DNA of 64,000 nucleotides from the NCBI GenBank assembly GCA_019058445.1, contig JAHPZA010000004.1:128001-192000 (forward strand), given 5' to 3'. The stretch is from Promethearchaeota archaeon (GTDB taxonomy: Archaea > Asgardarchaeota > Lokiarchaeia > Sigyniarchaeales > SOKP01). The notes beneath the pieces are model-generated. The model was not told where the DNA came from and searched no databases. It saw only the letters and a list, made by a program, of their open reading frames with translations. Positions within the stretch are counted from its first letter, which is position 1. Each line of letters begins with the position of its first letter. The position numbers and the translations under genes were made by a program. Below, one piece after another: positions 39,934 to 48,896 of the stretch.

Positions 39934-40634
39934 GTGATAATATACGATTTTTCAAGTTTCCATGCACCATAGCAGATAATTGATCCGTAGACTATACCTG
40001 AATATGAGAACACCTTTTGCATAGTTACAATCAATTTCAGTTCATTTTTTGTATTGATAGGACCAACCATTATCATTAGACCTATAAAAATAATTGCAAC
40101 AAGCATATAGCACATTAAAACATAAGCATAATGGTTAGGGTACTCTTCATTATGAGTCACTGCTAATATGTAGAAGAAAATAGTGATGACTGTTGTTACA
40201 AAGGATGTCTCAGCAAATCTATCATGAGCTTCCGGATATATATTCCATGGAGTTAGCCCTGCACCAATAATGGAAATTCCAATAATAACTCCGAATAAAG
40301 AAGTCAAGGTGATTAATCTTTTCTGATTTTTGGTTTTAAAAAAATGTATTATTGTGATGTAAAATAAAATTGAAGAGATTCCTGATATGATCATAGAAAT
40401 TGTAAATAATATATATGAAACGGGATTAGGGTAGCCAGAGTAGGATCTTGTTAATCCTAAATCACTAATAAAATTAGAAAAGAAAGAATATCCTTGGACG
40501 TTTGGATCGAGACGCGTTCCCCCAGGATAAAAAAACATAGCAATATGTATAAGGATAAAATATTGAATGATACTTGCAATGTTAAAGATGAAAATCCGTT
40601 CCCGCCATTTTTCGAGATCCATATAACTCATCAC
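39930..40634 (-). CDS. DUF998-like membrane protein
   Basis: FYPGG...GYSFFSNFISDLG, TPWN...AH; paralog of the next gene. Confidence 0.7.
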   Translation of the reverse strand: MMSYMDLEKWRERIFIFNIASIIQYFILIHIAMFFYPGGTRLDPNVQGYSFFSNFISDLGLTRSYSGYPNPVSYILFTISMIISGISSILFYITIIHFFKTKNQKRLITLTSLFGVIIGISIIGAGLTPWNIYPEAHDRFAETSFVTTVITIFFYILAVTHNEEYPNHYAYVLMCYMLVAIIFIGLMIMVGPINTKNELKLIVTMQKVFSYSGIVYGSIICYGAWKLEKSYIIT

Positions 40635-40668
40635 CTAGAGTTTGAGATCTTTAAAGCATTAGTTTATT

Positions 40669-41358
40669 TTAGGTTTCGGATTTCTCCAACATCCATGCAC
40701 CATATCCTTGAATAAAAAGACATATAAGAGAACTAAAAGTTGTAATTTTTTGAAGGGTAACTATAATTACTAAATCTCCTAGTGCAGTATCATACGTTGC
40801 TAATAGAGAAATAATAATACTTATCATCCAAATTCCAGTAAGAACTAAAAAGGTGAAAGCATATCGATTTGGATATTTCTTATTATGCAACATAGCAATC
40901 GAATAAAAAACTAAGCTTAAAACTACAACTATTGGTTGAATGCCGGCGAAGATACCATGAGCAACAGTATAGATATCCCATGGAGTAAATGCAATCCCAA
41001 TCAAGGTAATAGCGGAAAAAATTCCAAAAACAGTTCCCAATTTGCTTAATCGCTTTTCATCCTGATTTTCTTCAAAAAAATGAGTAACTGCTATCAAAAA
41101 AGGAATTAGTAAAATGCCAAACAAGGAATATACTATTGTAAAAAATATACTCGATATAGTATTTGGTTTTCCCGAATACCCTCTAGTTCTGCCTAAATCA
41201 CTCAGAAAATTTGTCCAAAAAGAATAACCTTGAGCATCAGGATTATTTAATGATCCTCCAGCATAAAAAAACATTGAAACACTGATAAAAATAGTATATT
41301 GGATTGGAATTATCATTACAAAAATGTAGCTCCAGTTTCTCCAATCTTTAGGTTTCGT
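40669..41358 (-). CDS. DUF998-like membrane protein (homologous start falls on ACG 41358; first ATG 41316)
   Basis: GYSFWTNFLSDLG; the in-frame extension KPKDWRNWSYIFV aligns with paralog MDLEKWRERIFIF. Confidence 0.7.
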   Translation of the reverse strand, partial: TKPKDWRNWSYIFVMIIPIQYTIFISVSMFFYAGGSLNNPDAQGYSFWTNFLSDLGRTRGYSGKPNTISSIFFTIVYSLFGILLIPFLIAVTHFFEENQDEKRLSKLGTVFGIFSAITLIGIAFTPWDIYTVAHGIFAGIQPIVVVLSLVFYSIAMLHNKKYPNRYAFTFLVLTGIWMISIIISLLATYDTALGDLVIIVTLQKITTFSSLICLFIQGYGAWMLEKSET

Positions 41359-41437
41359 TTTTGTTTTTTAGATAAAAAATGTTGCATGATATTATATTTA
41401 AAGTTATTATTAAATAATCAAATAGAAATGGTTAGGA

Positions 41438-42589
41438 TTAATAGTTCCCAAATTCTTGAATTGCTTTATAGCAAGCAACTATATTCTCTGCGGGTTGATC
41501 TAATAGGAAATTAGTAGGGCCTGGAATAAATCCTCCTTTTTTACCTAAAGTTTGTATACTTTTTTTAATTGAATTTCTCACAAATTCAGGAGATTCATAT
41601 TTTAACATTTCGGAATCGTCAATAGTTCCAACCAGAGTGATTTCTGGATATTTTTCTCGGTACATCTTCAAATCGTTATTTTTCGGTTTTAAAGATTCCA
41701 CACCATCTATTCCAATTTCTACAAAATCAGGGAAAACTTCTCCAATTGCCCCACAACTATGTATTAAAAATTTTGCTCCTTCATCATGGGCCATTTTTAC
41801 ATACCTCGCGAGAATAGGCTTGATAAACCTTCGCCATAATTTAGGGGGAAGTTGTAATCCATCATTATATCCATAGTCATCGCCGCACATTACTACCTCC
41901 GGCTTAGTCTTCAATATCATTTTCATCATTGGCTCTTCAATTGTTTCCCATTGAAATTCTATATGTTGTTCAAGAAAGCTGGGCTCTTTTCTTGCGAATC
42001 TCGCAAAATTAGCATGGCCTATACCAAATACGCAATTCTCGAATGGACCAGGCTGGCCTTGAGACACCACTATATCGTATTTTTTTAACATATTTTTTCG
42101 AATTTTCGCGAAATTTCGAATACTCTCCTTTGTTGGTCTTAAATCATTCGCTCTACTCCAATAATCCTCAATATTTTCCTTTTTTAGAAGAGCAGGACCC
42201 GCATACCACCAATGTGGAATTCCCTCATCACGAACCACAATTTTAAAATATCCCCCACTATGAATTATATAATCATTAATACTTTCAAGTTTAATGGGTA
42301 ATCCCATATTTGGATTTTGCCAACATAAGTCAATTTTAGCATCAAGGCCACCAGATAATATCTCGGGAGGGCAAAATTTTGCTATTATAGCGTGCATGTA
42401 TGGTATTCCATATGATACGTTATCCTTATCTAAATGTTGAATATCCTCGTCTGTTAATGCATATGGAGAATTCATAAATTTTTCTACAAAATCAAAATCT
42501 CCACCTAAACAAAAGCTTGGAACCCTGTCAGGAATTTTTCCTTCCAAAACGGTTAAAATTCTTTCTAAAGCGGTCATTTTTTCAACCAT
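41438..42589 (-). CDS. Uroporphyrinogen decarboxylase / MtaA-CmuA family protein
   Basis: MTALER...PDRVP, GDDYG, HSCG, GTID, GGFI. Confidence 0.85.
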   Translation of the reverse strand: MVEKMTALERILTVLEGKIPDRVPSFCLGGDFDFVEKFMNSPYALTDEDIQHLDKDNVSYGIPYMHAIIAKFCPPEILSGGLDAKIDLCWQNPNMGLPIKLESINDYIIHSGGYFKIVVRDEGIPHWWYAGPALLKKENIEDYWSRANDLRPTKESIRNFAKIRKNMLKKYDIVVSQGQPGPFENCVFGIGHANFARFARKEPSFLEQHIEFQWETIEEPMMKMILKTKPEVVMCGDDYGYNDGLQLPPKLWRRFIKPILARYVKMAHDEGAKFLIHSCGAIGEVFPDFVEIGIDGVESLKPKNNDLKMYREKYPEITLVGTIDDSEMLKYESPEFVRNSIKKSIQTLGKKGGFIPGPTNFLLDQPAENIVACYKAIQEFGNY

Positions 42590-42591
42590 TC

Positions 42592-42951
42592 TTAACCAAC
42601 ACCTGTAAGTTTCGATAAAATTGTTATTGCATCAAGATTTTTAACATGAACTTTTTTACTGGCAATTCCATCCCTTATTCCAGCTGCTCCTTTATACAAT
42701 ATTTCAGTTGGGAGAGCTAAATACGTATCACAGTCAATAGTATCTAAATCTTTTAAATCTTTTATATTTTCTAGTATTTCAATATCAAATTCTCCATTTT
42801 CAATCTTTATTAAGAACGCTGGAGGTGAATCTGTTAAAAGTATTGCCATTTTAATTGAATCTGGAAATTTTTTCTCGAGTTTTCTAAAAATCTTAAGGAC
42901 CCATAATCCGGAATAAATTACAGCCGGAAGCCCCTCATATAATGGACTCAT
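42592..42951 (-). CDS. Small hypothetical protein, possibly SCP2-like
   Basis: 2 bp upstream of the UroD-like gene; AFLIKIENGEFDI...CDTYL...KVHVKN. Confidence 0.5.
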   Translation of the reverse strand: MSPLYEGLPAVIYSGLWVLKIFRKLEKKFPDSIKMAILLTDSPPAFLIKIENGEFDIEILENIKDLKDLDTIDCDTYLALPTEILYKGAAGIRDGIASKKVHVKNLDAITILSKLTGVG

Positions 42952-43010
42952 TTAAATATCCTACTTATTTTCTAATCTTATCCTTTAAAATAGGAAAAAA
43001 ATTGATCGAA

Positions 43011-43679
43011 TTAAAAATATTTCTTTTCAATAATTGCCTTTACAGCGTCTTTAAAAATTAATTTCCCCATTTTTCTGTAGCCTTCAACGGAAAAATGAAG
43101 TCCATCGACATATGCACATTCCTTTAATAAATTTCCCTTATCGTCCATCATTCCGTTATATAAATCTGCGAAGGGTATATCATTTTCTTCAAAAAAGGAC
43201 TTTAGTAATTTATTAAGCTCAATTTTTTTTTTATTATACGTCCCATATGATTGCTCTGCTCTTATAGGTGGGACTGTTCCACCTATAGTCAATATGCCAA
43301 AATCCCGGGAAATTGTATGAAGCTCTTTAATATTTCCAAATATTTTCTCGTTCGAGATGCCCCAACCTAAATCATTTGTCCCTCCAATTATAATTGAATA
43401 AGTGGGCTTTGGTTTAATTTTTAACAGATCGAAGTCAATCCTTCTCAGAAAATTGCTCGTAAGCTCTCCAGGAACACCCTTATTGATAAATAATAGATCA
43501 TTTATAATCTCATCACTTAAAGTTCCTAGATTTTTTTCTAAATGCTCCATACTTATATTTTTAAGCCAATATTCATACTGGGATTTTGAATTACCATAAC
43601 CTTTAGATATCCCATCTGGAGCGGGATCATATCCTGGATATCCCGCCGTTAAAGAGTTACCTAAACACAAAAATATCAT
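43011..43679 (-). CDS. SGNH/GDSL hydrolase
   Basis: LGNSLTAG, NKGVPG, GGTND, DGLH. Confidence 0.9.
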   Translation of the reverse strand: MIFLCLGNSLTAGYPGYDPAPDGISKGYGNSKSQYEYWLKNISMEHLEKNLGTLSDEIINDLLFINKGVPGELTSNFLRRIDFDLLKIKPKPTYSIIIGGTNDLGWGISNEKIFGNIKELHTISRDFGILTIGGTVPPIRAEQSYGTYNKKKIELNKLLKSFFEENDIPFADLYNGMMDDKGNLLKECAYVDGLHFSVEGYRKMGKLIFKDAVKAIIEKKYF

Positions 43680-44356
43680 ATAATTTCACTTGAGTTTAAC
43701 TTTAACAATTTCATTATATCATTGACACCAATATGAGATAAATCCCTTGCTATCAAATTAGCATTTTGTAATTCCCCTTTAGGGTGGGTCGTTGTGAGGG
43801 CAATTGAACTCATATTGGCTCTTATTGCTGCCTCAATACCAACAGGAGCATCTTCAATAACTACACAGTTTTCGGGTTTAATCCTTAAGCGGGTAGCAGC
43901 GATTAAAAAAACATCTGGTGCAGGCTTTCCATTTTTTACATCTTCAGCAGTAATAACTATATCAAAAAATTGCTTAATATTCAAACTAGTTAATAATAGC
44001 TCCACATTTTCAAAAGGTCCACTAGAACCGACTGCTAATTTAAAACCATGATTTTTTAGTGATCTAATAAGTTGTATAGCACCCGGTAAAGGTTCTAATT
44101 TATCTTTGACCATCTCTCTATAATAATGCTCCTTAAGATCTGCCCATTTTTTAACAAGTGCTTGATCAACTTCAGGACCGACTAACTTCCTTGTGATCGG
44201 AATCGATTGTTGTCCAAATGTCTCTTCGAAGAAATCTCTCGTAAACTTGACTTTCGCATCGTATCTTGCCATCTTAGCCCAGCTTTGAAAATGAATTGGA
44301 CCTGTCGCACTTAGCACTCCATCCACGTCGAAGATTACCAAATAGTTCTTAAACAT
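43676..44356 (-). CDS. HAD-family phosphatase (beta-PGM-like)
   Basis: FDVDGVL, GKPAPD, IEDAPVG. Confidence 0.9.
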   Translation of the reverse strand: MFKNYLVIFDVDGVLSATGPIHFQSWAKMARYDAKVKFTRDFFEETFGQQSIPITRKLVGPEVDQALVKKWADLKEHYYREMVKDKLEPLPGAIQLIRSLKNHGFKLAVGSSGPFENVELLLTSLNIKQFFDIVITAEDVKNGKPAPDVFLIAATRLRIKPENCVVIEDAPVGIEAAIRANMSSIALTTTHPKGELQNANLIARDLSHIGVNDIMKLLKLNSSEII

Positions 44357-44444
44357 AAGTTTAACAATTAGAAGATATTACGTAATTATAATAGAGAAAT
44401 AAAATATTTTAAGTATTATTCATAACCATTATAAAGATCATTAC

Positions 44445-44581
44445 AGCCCAGTGGTCTAGTTTGGATATCATTATATTACGAAATATATATAACCATAAAG
44501 GGCGCTGGCTTGCGGAGCCAGTTATCGGGGGTTCAAGCCACTAAAATTCTCTTTTAGCGGGAACATATCCCCCCTGGGCTA
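44445..44581 (+). tRNA. tRNA-Arg(GCG) with two introns (44467-44498 in the D-loop; 44537-44566 in the T-loop)
   Basis: Acceptor AGCCCAG/CTGGGCT; anticodon arm CTGGC-TTGCGGA-GCCAG (GCG 44512-44514); T-stem GGGGG/CCCCC. Removing both introns gives a 75-nt cloverleaf with T-loop TTCAAAT. Confidence 0.93.
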
Positions 44582-44583
44582 TA

Positions 44584-45105
44584 TTATGGTTTTTCTTTTT
44601 GATCTTTCATGGCAAGCCCCATTTTCTGCCAAGATTGGCGACCGAGTTCCCATAATTTCCCTTGGGTATTTTCTCCCTTTAATTCTCGACCAATCCATTT
44701 TTGACCCACTGGAATCTTCGCCCTCATTGGGACGAATGATGTCGCTCCCACCATAGCATCATTTTGGACAGTGGACATAATCATTAAGACGGATTGAATT
44801 CCAACCACAGTATTATTTTTCAGCGTGGCTCCATGAACAATTGCACTAAATCCGATTAAGTTATTATCTCCAATACGGGTACTACACCCTTCAGCAGTAT
44901 TGATAATACATGCATCTTGAAAAACATTTTTCGCACCAATTTTAACCCTGGCGAAATCACCACGTATAATCACTCCTTGGTATACGACATTTTCAGGACC
45001 CATCGTAACATCTCCAATTATCCAAGCTGAATCAGAAATCCAACAAGAGGGGTCGATTTCCGGAGTCTTGAGTTTACCATTAACTTCTATTGATATTATT
45101 GGCAT
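44584..45105 (-). CDS. Gamma-class carbonic anhydrase-like / hexapeptide-repeat protein
   Basis: IIGDV, IIRGD, NVFQD, IVHGA. Only one of the three usual Zn-binding His is obvious. Confidence 0.8.
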   Translation of the reverse strand: MPIISIEVNGKLKTPEIDPSCWISDSAWIIGDVTMGPENVVYQGVIIRGDFARVKIGAKNVFQDACIINTAEGCSTRIGDNNLIGFSAIVHGATLKNNTVVGIQSVLMIMSTVQNDAMVGATSFVPMRAKIPVGQKWIGRELKGENTQGKLWELGRQSWQKMGLAMKDQKEKP

Positions 45106-45272
45106 TTTTTTAACCTCTTACTTAATTTATTTACAATTTATTTTTGAAATATAAAAAACTATTCATTGATTTTATCAATGATATTTAATGATTTCTTAGA
45201 ATTGTTCAATAAAAAGAATAAAATGAGAAAATTTCAAATAGTCAAAAATCACGAGACTTTGCTAAAAAAAAT

Positions 45273-45959
45273 TTAGAATTGAAAACCACACTTTTTACAA
45301 ACACGGATTTTAGCATACATAGGCATATTTCCCACATAACTTAATACTTTTGTTTTATCCTCGACAAGTTTTATATCTTTTCCAGTAGCACCACACTTAA
45401 TACATTTTACACGTTCACCACCAGAAGTATCTTCTGCTAAAATCTCATGACTTTTGAATGTTTTTAATTCCAATTCAATTGCTTCGATTCGAGATAATTG
45501 TCTTGCTAAAATTTCATCTTTTTTTTGTAGAGCGTCATTCATTTCTTGAATTTTAGCTTCTTGCCTTGAAATAAAATTATGGAGATCTGAAACGTCACTG
45601 TGAGTACTTTCAATTTTGCTTTTAAGGTCTCCGGTATTATCATGTTTTGAGCTAAAAGCTATTTGGAGATCATTTATTTTTGAGGTAATTTCGGAGATCT
45701 CGTCATCTTTTACATTCAATTTACTCGCAACTTCACTCATTTGTTCTCCTAATTTTTTTGCTGTTTTCTTTTCTTCCTCTAATTCGTTAGTTAATGATGA
45801 GATCTTTTCATCGTATAATTTAACCAGATATTGCAATTCAGCTTCTTTGACCGATAAATTTTTTTCTATCTCTGCAAACTTGGAATCAGAATTTTTAACT
45901 TGCTTCATAAGAGCTCTTAATATCCTCTCATTAAATTCTTCATCTTTATCCTTATCCAT
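45273..45959 (-). CDS. Coiled-coil protein with C-terminal zinc ribbon
   Basis: Long heptad region, then CIKCG...LSYVGNMPMYAK...CKKCG. Confidence 0.8.
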   Translation of the reverse strand: MDKDKDEEFNERILRALMKQVKNSDSKFAEIEKNLSVKEAELQYLVKLYDEKISSLTNELEEEKKTAKKLGEQMSEVASKLNVKDDEISEITSKINDLQIAFSSKHDNTGDLKSKIESTHSDVSDLHNFISRQEAKIQEMNDALQKKDEILARQLSRIEAIELELKTFKSHEILAEDTSGGERVKCIKCGATGKDIKLVEDKTKVLSYVGNMPMYAKIRVCKKCGFQF

Positions 45960-46181
45960 TACCTAAACCGTCCATTCATTATTCTTCTTTATAGTATCAG
46001 AAAAAAATCTTTATAATGTGAGAGTTTCAATATGAGATTGCAGATGTCCTTTATAATTTCATCAATTTTTTACAATACAATATGATAATTTACATATTTG
46101 AAAAAAAATAACTTCTATTTAAAATTATTTTAATAGAAAAGCTATATTTTCTATAAAAAAAGATATTATCCCCTGTGGGAA

Positions 46182-46889
46182 TTAAAATTGATTGCCGCAC
46201 TTTTTACACATGTGATGTTTAGCGTACATGGGCATATTTCCTACATAACTTAATGGTTTTGATTTATCTTCGACAACCTTTATATCTTTTCCCACTGAAC
46301 CACATTTAACACATTTCAATCGATCGCCAGCAGATAAATCATCAGCATTAGACTCGGGACCTTTATATTCCTTTAATTCCATTTCAAGTGCCTCATACAA
46401 AGATCTCTGTTCCTCAATAATCGTTTCTTTATTTTTTATTAGTGTATCTTTATTTTTTATTTCTTCACTTAGTTCCTGTACTTGGCCCTCAAGATGCTTA
46501 ATGTCTGTTTGCTGTTCGTTGATTTTGTGATTAGCACATTGAAGCTCTTCTTTGAGTTTCTCTATTTCCTTTTCCAGTGAGGGTATTTTAGAATATAGGT
46601 TATCTCTTTCCGATGTAATATTTGTGAGTTCCTTATTAACTTCTGTATATCTATCAATTATTTCTTTTAATTGCCCTTCTAATTCTATAGCTTTCTCTTT
46701 TTTATGCTCTAAGTCTTGGGTTAATGATGAAGTCTCATCATCATATAATTTTGCGAGATATTGTAATTCTGCTTCTTTAACTCCTAAGTCTTTTTCTAAG
46801 ACATCACATCGGGTAGTAGAATCCTGAACTTTTTTCATTAATGCTTTCATAATTTTATCATTAAATTCATACTCCATTTCCTCGTCCAT
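46182..46889 (-). CDS. Coiled-coil protein with C-terminal zinc ribbon (tandem paralog)
   Basis: Shares VKEAELQYLxKLYD and CVKCG...LSYVGNMPMYAK...CKKCG with 45273..45959. Confidence 0.8.
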   Translation of the reverse strand: MDEEMEYEFNDKIMKALMKKVQDSTTRCDVLEKDLGVKEAELQYLAKLYDDETSSLTQDLEHKKEKAIELEGQLKEIIDRYTEVNKELTNITSERDNLYSKIPSLEKEIEKLKEELQCANHKINEQQTDIKHLEGQVQELSEEIKNKDTLIKNKETIIEEQRSLYEALEMELKEYKGPESNADDLSAGDRLKCVKCGSVGKDIKVVEDKSKPLSYVGNMPMYAKHHMCKKCGNQF

Positions 46890-47099
46890 AGGAACACCAT
46901 TTTCGATTAATTCTTTAAAGATCTCAATTAAATATTAATAATATTTGATAAAAAATCCCCAAATTTCTTTTTTAATTTATGAAAAATTTAAGGAAATTAC
47001 TTAAACAGTTAAAAAAACTTGATTTATTTAAAGTTATTATATTAAGGCTTTTGAGAGTGAAGGTGTAACAATCAATTTTTGCTAATTGAAAAATTGTGC

Positions 47100-47873
47100 T
47101 TAACTGATATGTTTAAAGATTTCTGAGATGTTCTTTATTTCTATCACATCAGGGACATTGATTGCTCTTTCAATTGGGAATTTATAGACCCGTTCACATA
47201 AAACTGTCTGCACTCCGGCCCTATGACCTCCCACAATATCTGCAGGTTCATCACCACACATAAAACATGAAGCTCCACTATGTTCTAATCCCATTTTCTT
47301 TAATGTATAATGAAATATTCCCGGGTCAGGTTTTCTTTTTCCATATAAAGCAGATGTAACAACTGCATCGAAATAATGATCCATATCATATTTTTTAAGG
47401 AGATTTTCGACTAATGAATGATGAGGGTGATTAGATAGAACACCAAGCTTAATCTCTCCTAAATTATATAATTTTTCCAAGGTTTCTTTAGTAAAATCGA
47501 AAGGAACCCATTCTGTTGCTTCTCCCGAATGATATAAATCAGCAAGTTCAGAGTAAAAATCCGCATTTTTTTCCTCCAGATCGTCAATTAATTCTTTCTT
47601 TACCATTAAATCCAATACCTGTTCAAAAAGAAATGTTGTGGGAAATTCTTCTTTTGTTTTCATACTTTTTTGAAAAAATGAGGCTCTTTTACGCTTAATA
47701 AGTTTTTTAAATTTTTCAATTACAGTTTGATCCTTAAAAATTTGCTGTTCTTTTAATAAAGCAATGGATTTCTGTAATCCACGCCTATAAGCATCCATAT
47801 AGCTATCCATACTCACGTTTCGGAAATTAAATAAGGTGAAGCCAAAATCAAAAATGATTCCTTTTACATTCAT
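47100..47873 (-). CDS. HAD-family hydrolase
   Basis: IFDFGFTL, LSN, RKPDPGIF, CGD...DIVGG. Confidence 0.88.
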   Translation of the reverse strand: MNVKGIIFDFGFTLFNFRNVSMDSYMDAYRRGLQKSIALLKEQQIFKDQTVIEKFKKLIKRKRASFFQKSMKTKEEFPTTFLFEQVLDLMVKKELIDDLEEKNADFYSELADLYHSGEATEWVPFDFTKETLEKLYNLGEIKLGVLSNHPHHSLVENLLKKYDMDHYFDAVVTSALYGKRKPDPGIFHYTLKKMGLEHSGASCFMCGDEPADIVGGHRAGVQTVLCERVYKFPIERAINVPDVIEIKNISEIFKHIS

Positions 47874-47917
47874 ACCTTAGATCATAAAAGTAATTTCAAA
47901 ATATTAACTTAACTCTG

Positions 47918-48132
47918 AGGGACTTATAATGCTATGTTAGATAAGAGAAGTGACTCCTGCCAACACCTCTGTATTGTCTTTTGGTTAGTGCTAAGATTCG
48001 AATTCTTATTACACCTTGTAAGAAAATCTTCAGCTTACCGTCGACAGGAATCTTTGTTTGAAAAGATTTCCTACTGAAAAGATATTCTAAGTAGTTTTCT
48101 CAAAAAGTATAATTTTATTTCCCTGTGCTACC
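47918..48132 (-). ncRNA. Candidate structured RNA of unknown class
   Basis: 13-bp stem (48052-48040 with 47964-47952) containing three G-U pairs that work only on the minus strand; nested stems; TTTATAAA at 48151-48158. Confidence 0.5.
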
Positions 48133-48364
48133 TAATTAAAAAATTAGAACTTTATAAAGAGTTCAGAATTATTCTTTTTTCGTACTTTATAACCGAACAA
48201 GAATATTTTTCAATATATCTTTATTTGAAAAATTGATAAATTGAAAAAGTGGGATTCTTAATTAAGATTAAGATTTTAAATTCTTCATTTAGGATATGCA
48301 TTTGTTAATAATTTAATAATCAAATAATTTTTAGCAATGATATTTATTTTTAATAGGGAAAAAT

Positions 48365-48889
48365 ATGTCAATCGATAAATGGATTTCTGAGACTAAGGAA
48401 GAAAGAGAAAAAAGAGAGAAAATTGATAAGCTATTTAAATCTCTTCCAGAAGAAAAAGTTCTGGATTTAAAGAAAAGAAAGATCAAAGACTTAAAAAAAA
48501 AGAGAAGAGAGGAGAGCGTCGATGAAATTGAGCCTAATAGTTTTTTAAATGAACTTATTGAATTTAAAGAGTGGTTAAATCAAAGAACTTATCTAAAAGG
48601 AGATCTCGATAAAATTGAAATTTGGATTCATAATTTAAATAAAAAATTGACTTTAGAAACTAAGGATCAAGAATTAAAAACTTCGAAAGCACATTTGATT
48701 GAGCAGTTTAGAAAAATACCTCCTAAATTTTTAGATGAAAAAACAAGAGTAGCAATTAATAAAAAATTGTATGGGACTAAAAGAACGAGTTCTGATAACT
48801 ATTATTTAAGAAAATTAAAAAAATTTATCCAAGATAAATTAATAGAAGCTAGTTATTATGAGCTTTTGAAAACCATTTTAGATTCATAA
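48365..48889 (+). CDS. Hypothetical charged helical protein
   Basis: 174-aa ORF with no recognised motif. Confidence 0.7.
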   Translation: MSIDKWISETKEEREKREKIDKLFKSLPEEKVLDLKKRKIKDLKKKRREESVDEIEPNSFLNELIEFKEWLNQRTYLKGDLDKIEIWIHNLNKKLTLETKDQELKTSKAHLIEQFRKIPPKFLDEKTRVAINKKLYGTKRTSSDNYYLRKLKKFIQDKLIEASYYELLKTILDS

Positions 48890-48896
48890 CCAAAAA

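Noticed and set aside
47934-48077. 47-codon plus-strand ORF (MLDKRSDSCQHLC...)
   Set aside because: No recognisable motif, and strand-specific G-U pairing favours a minus-strand RNA. Not fully excluded.
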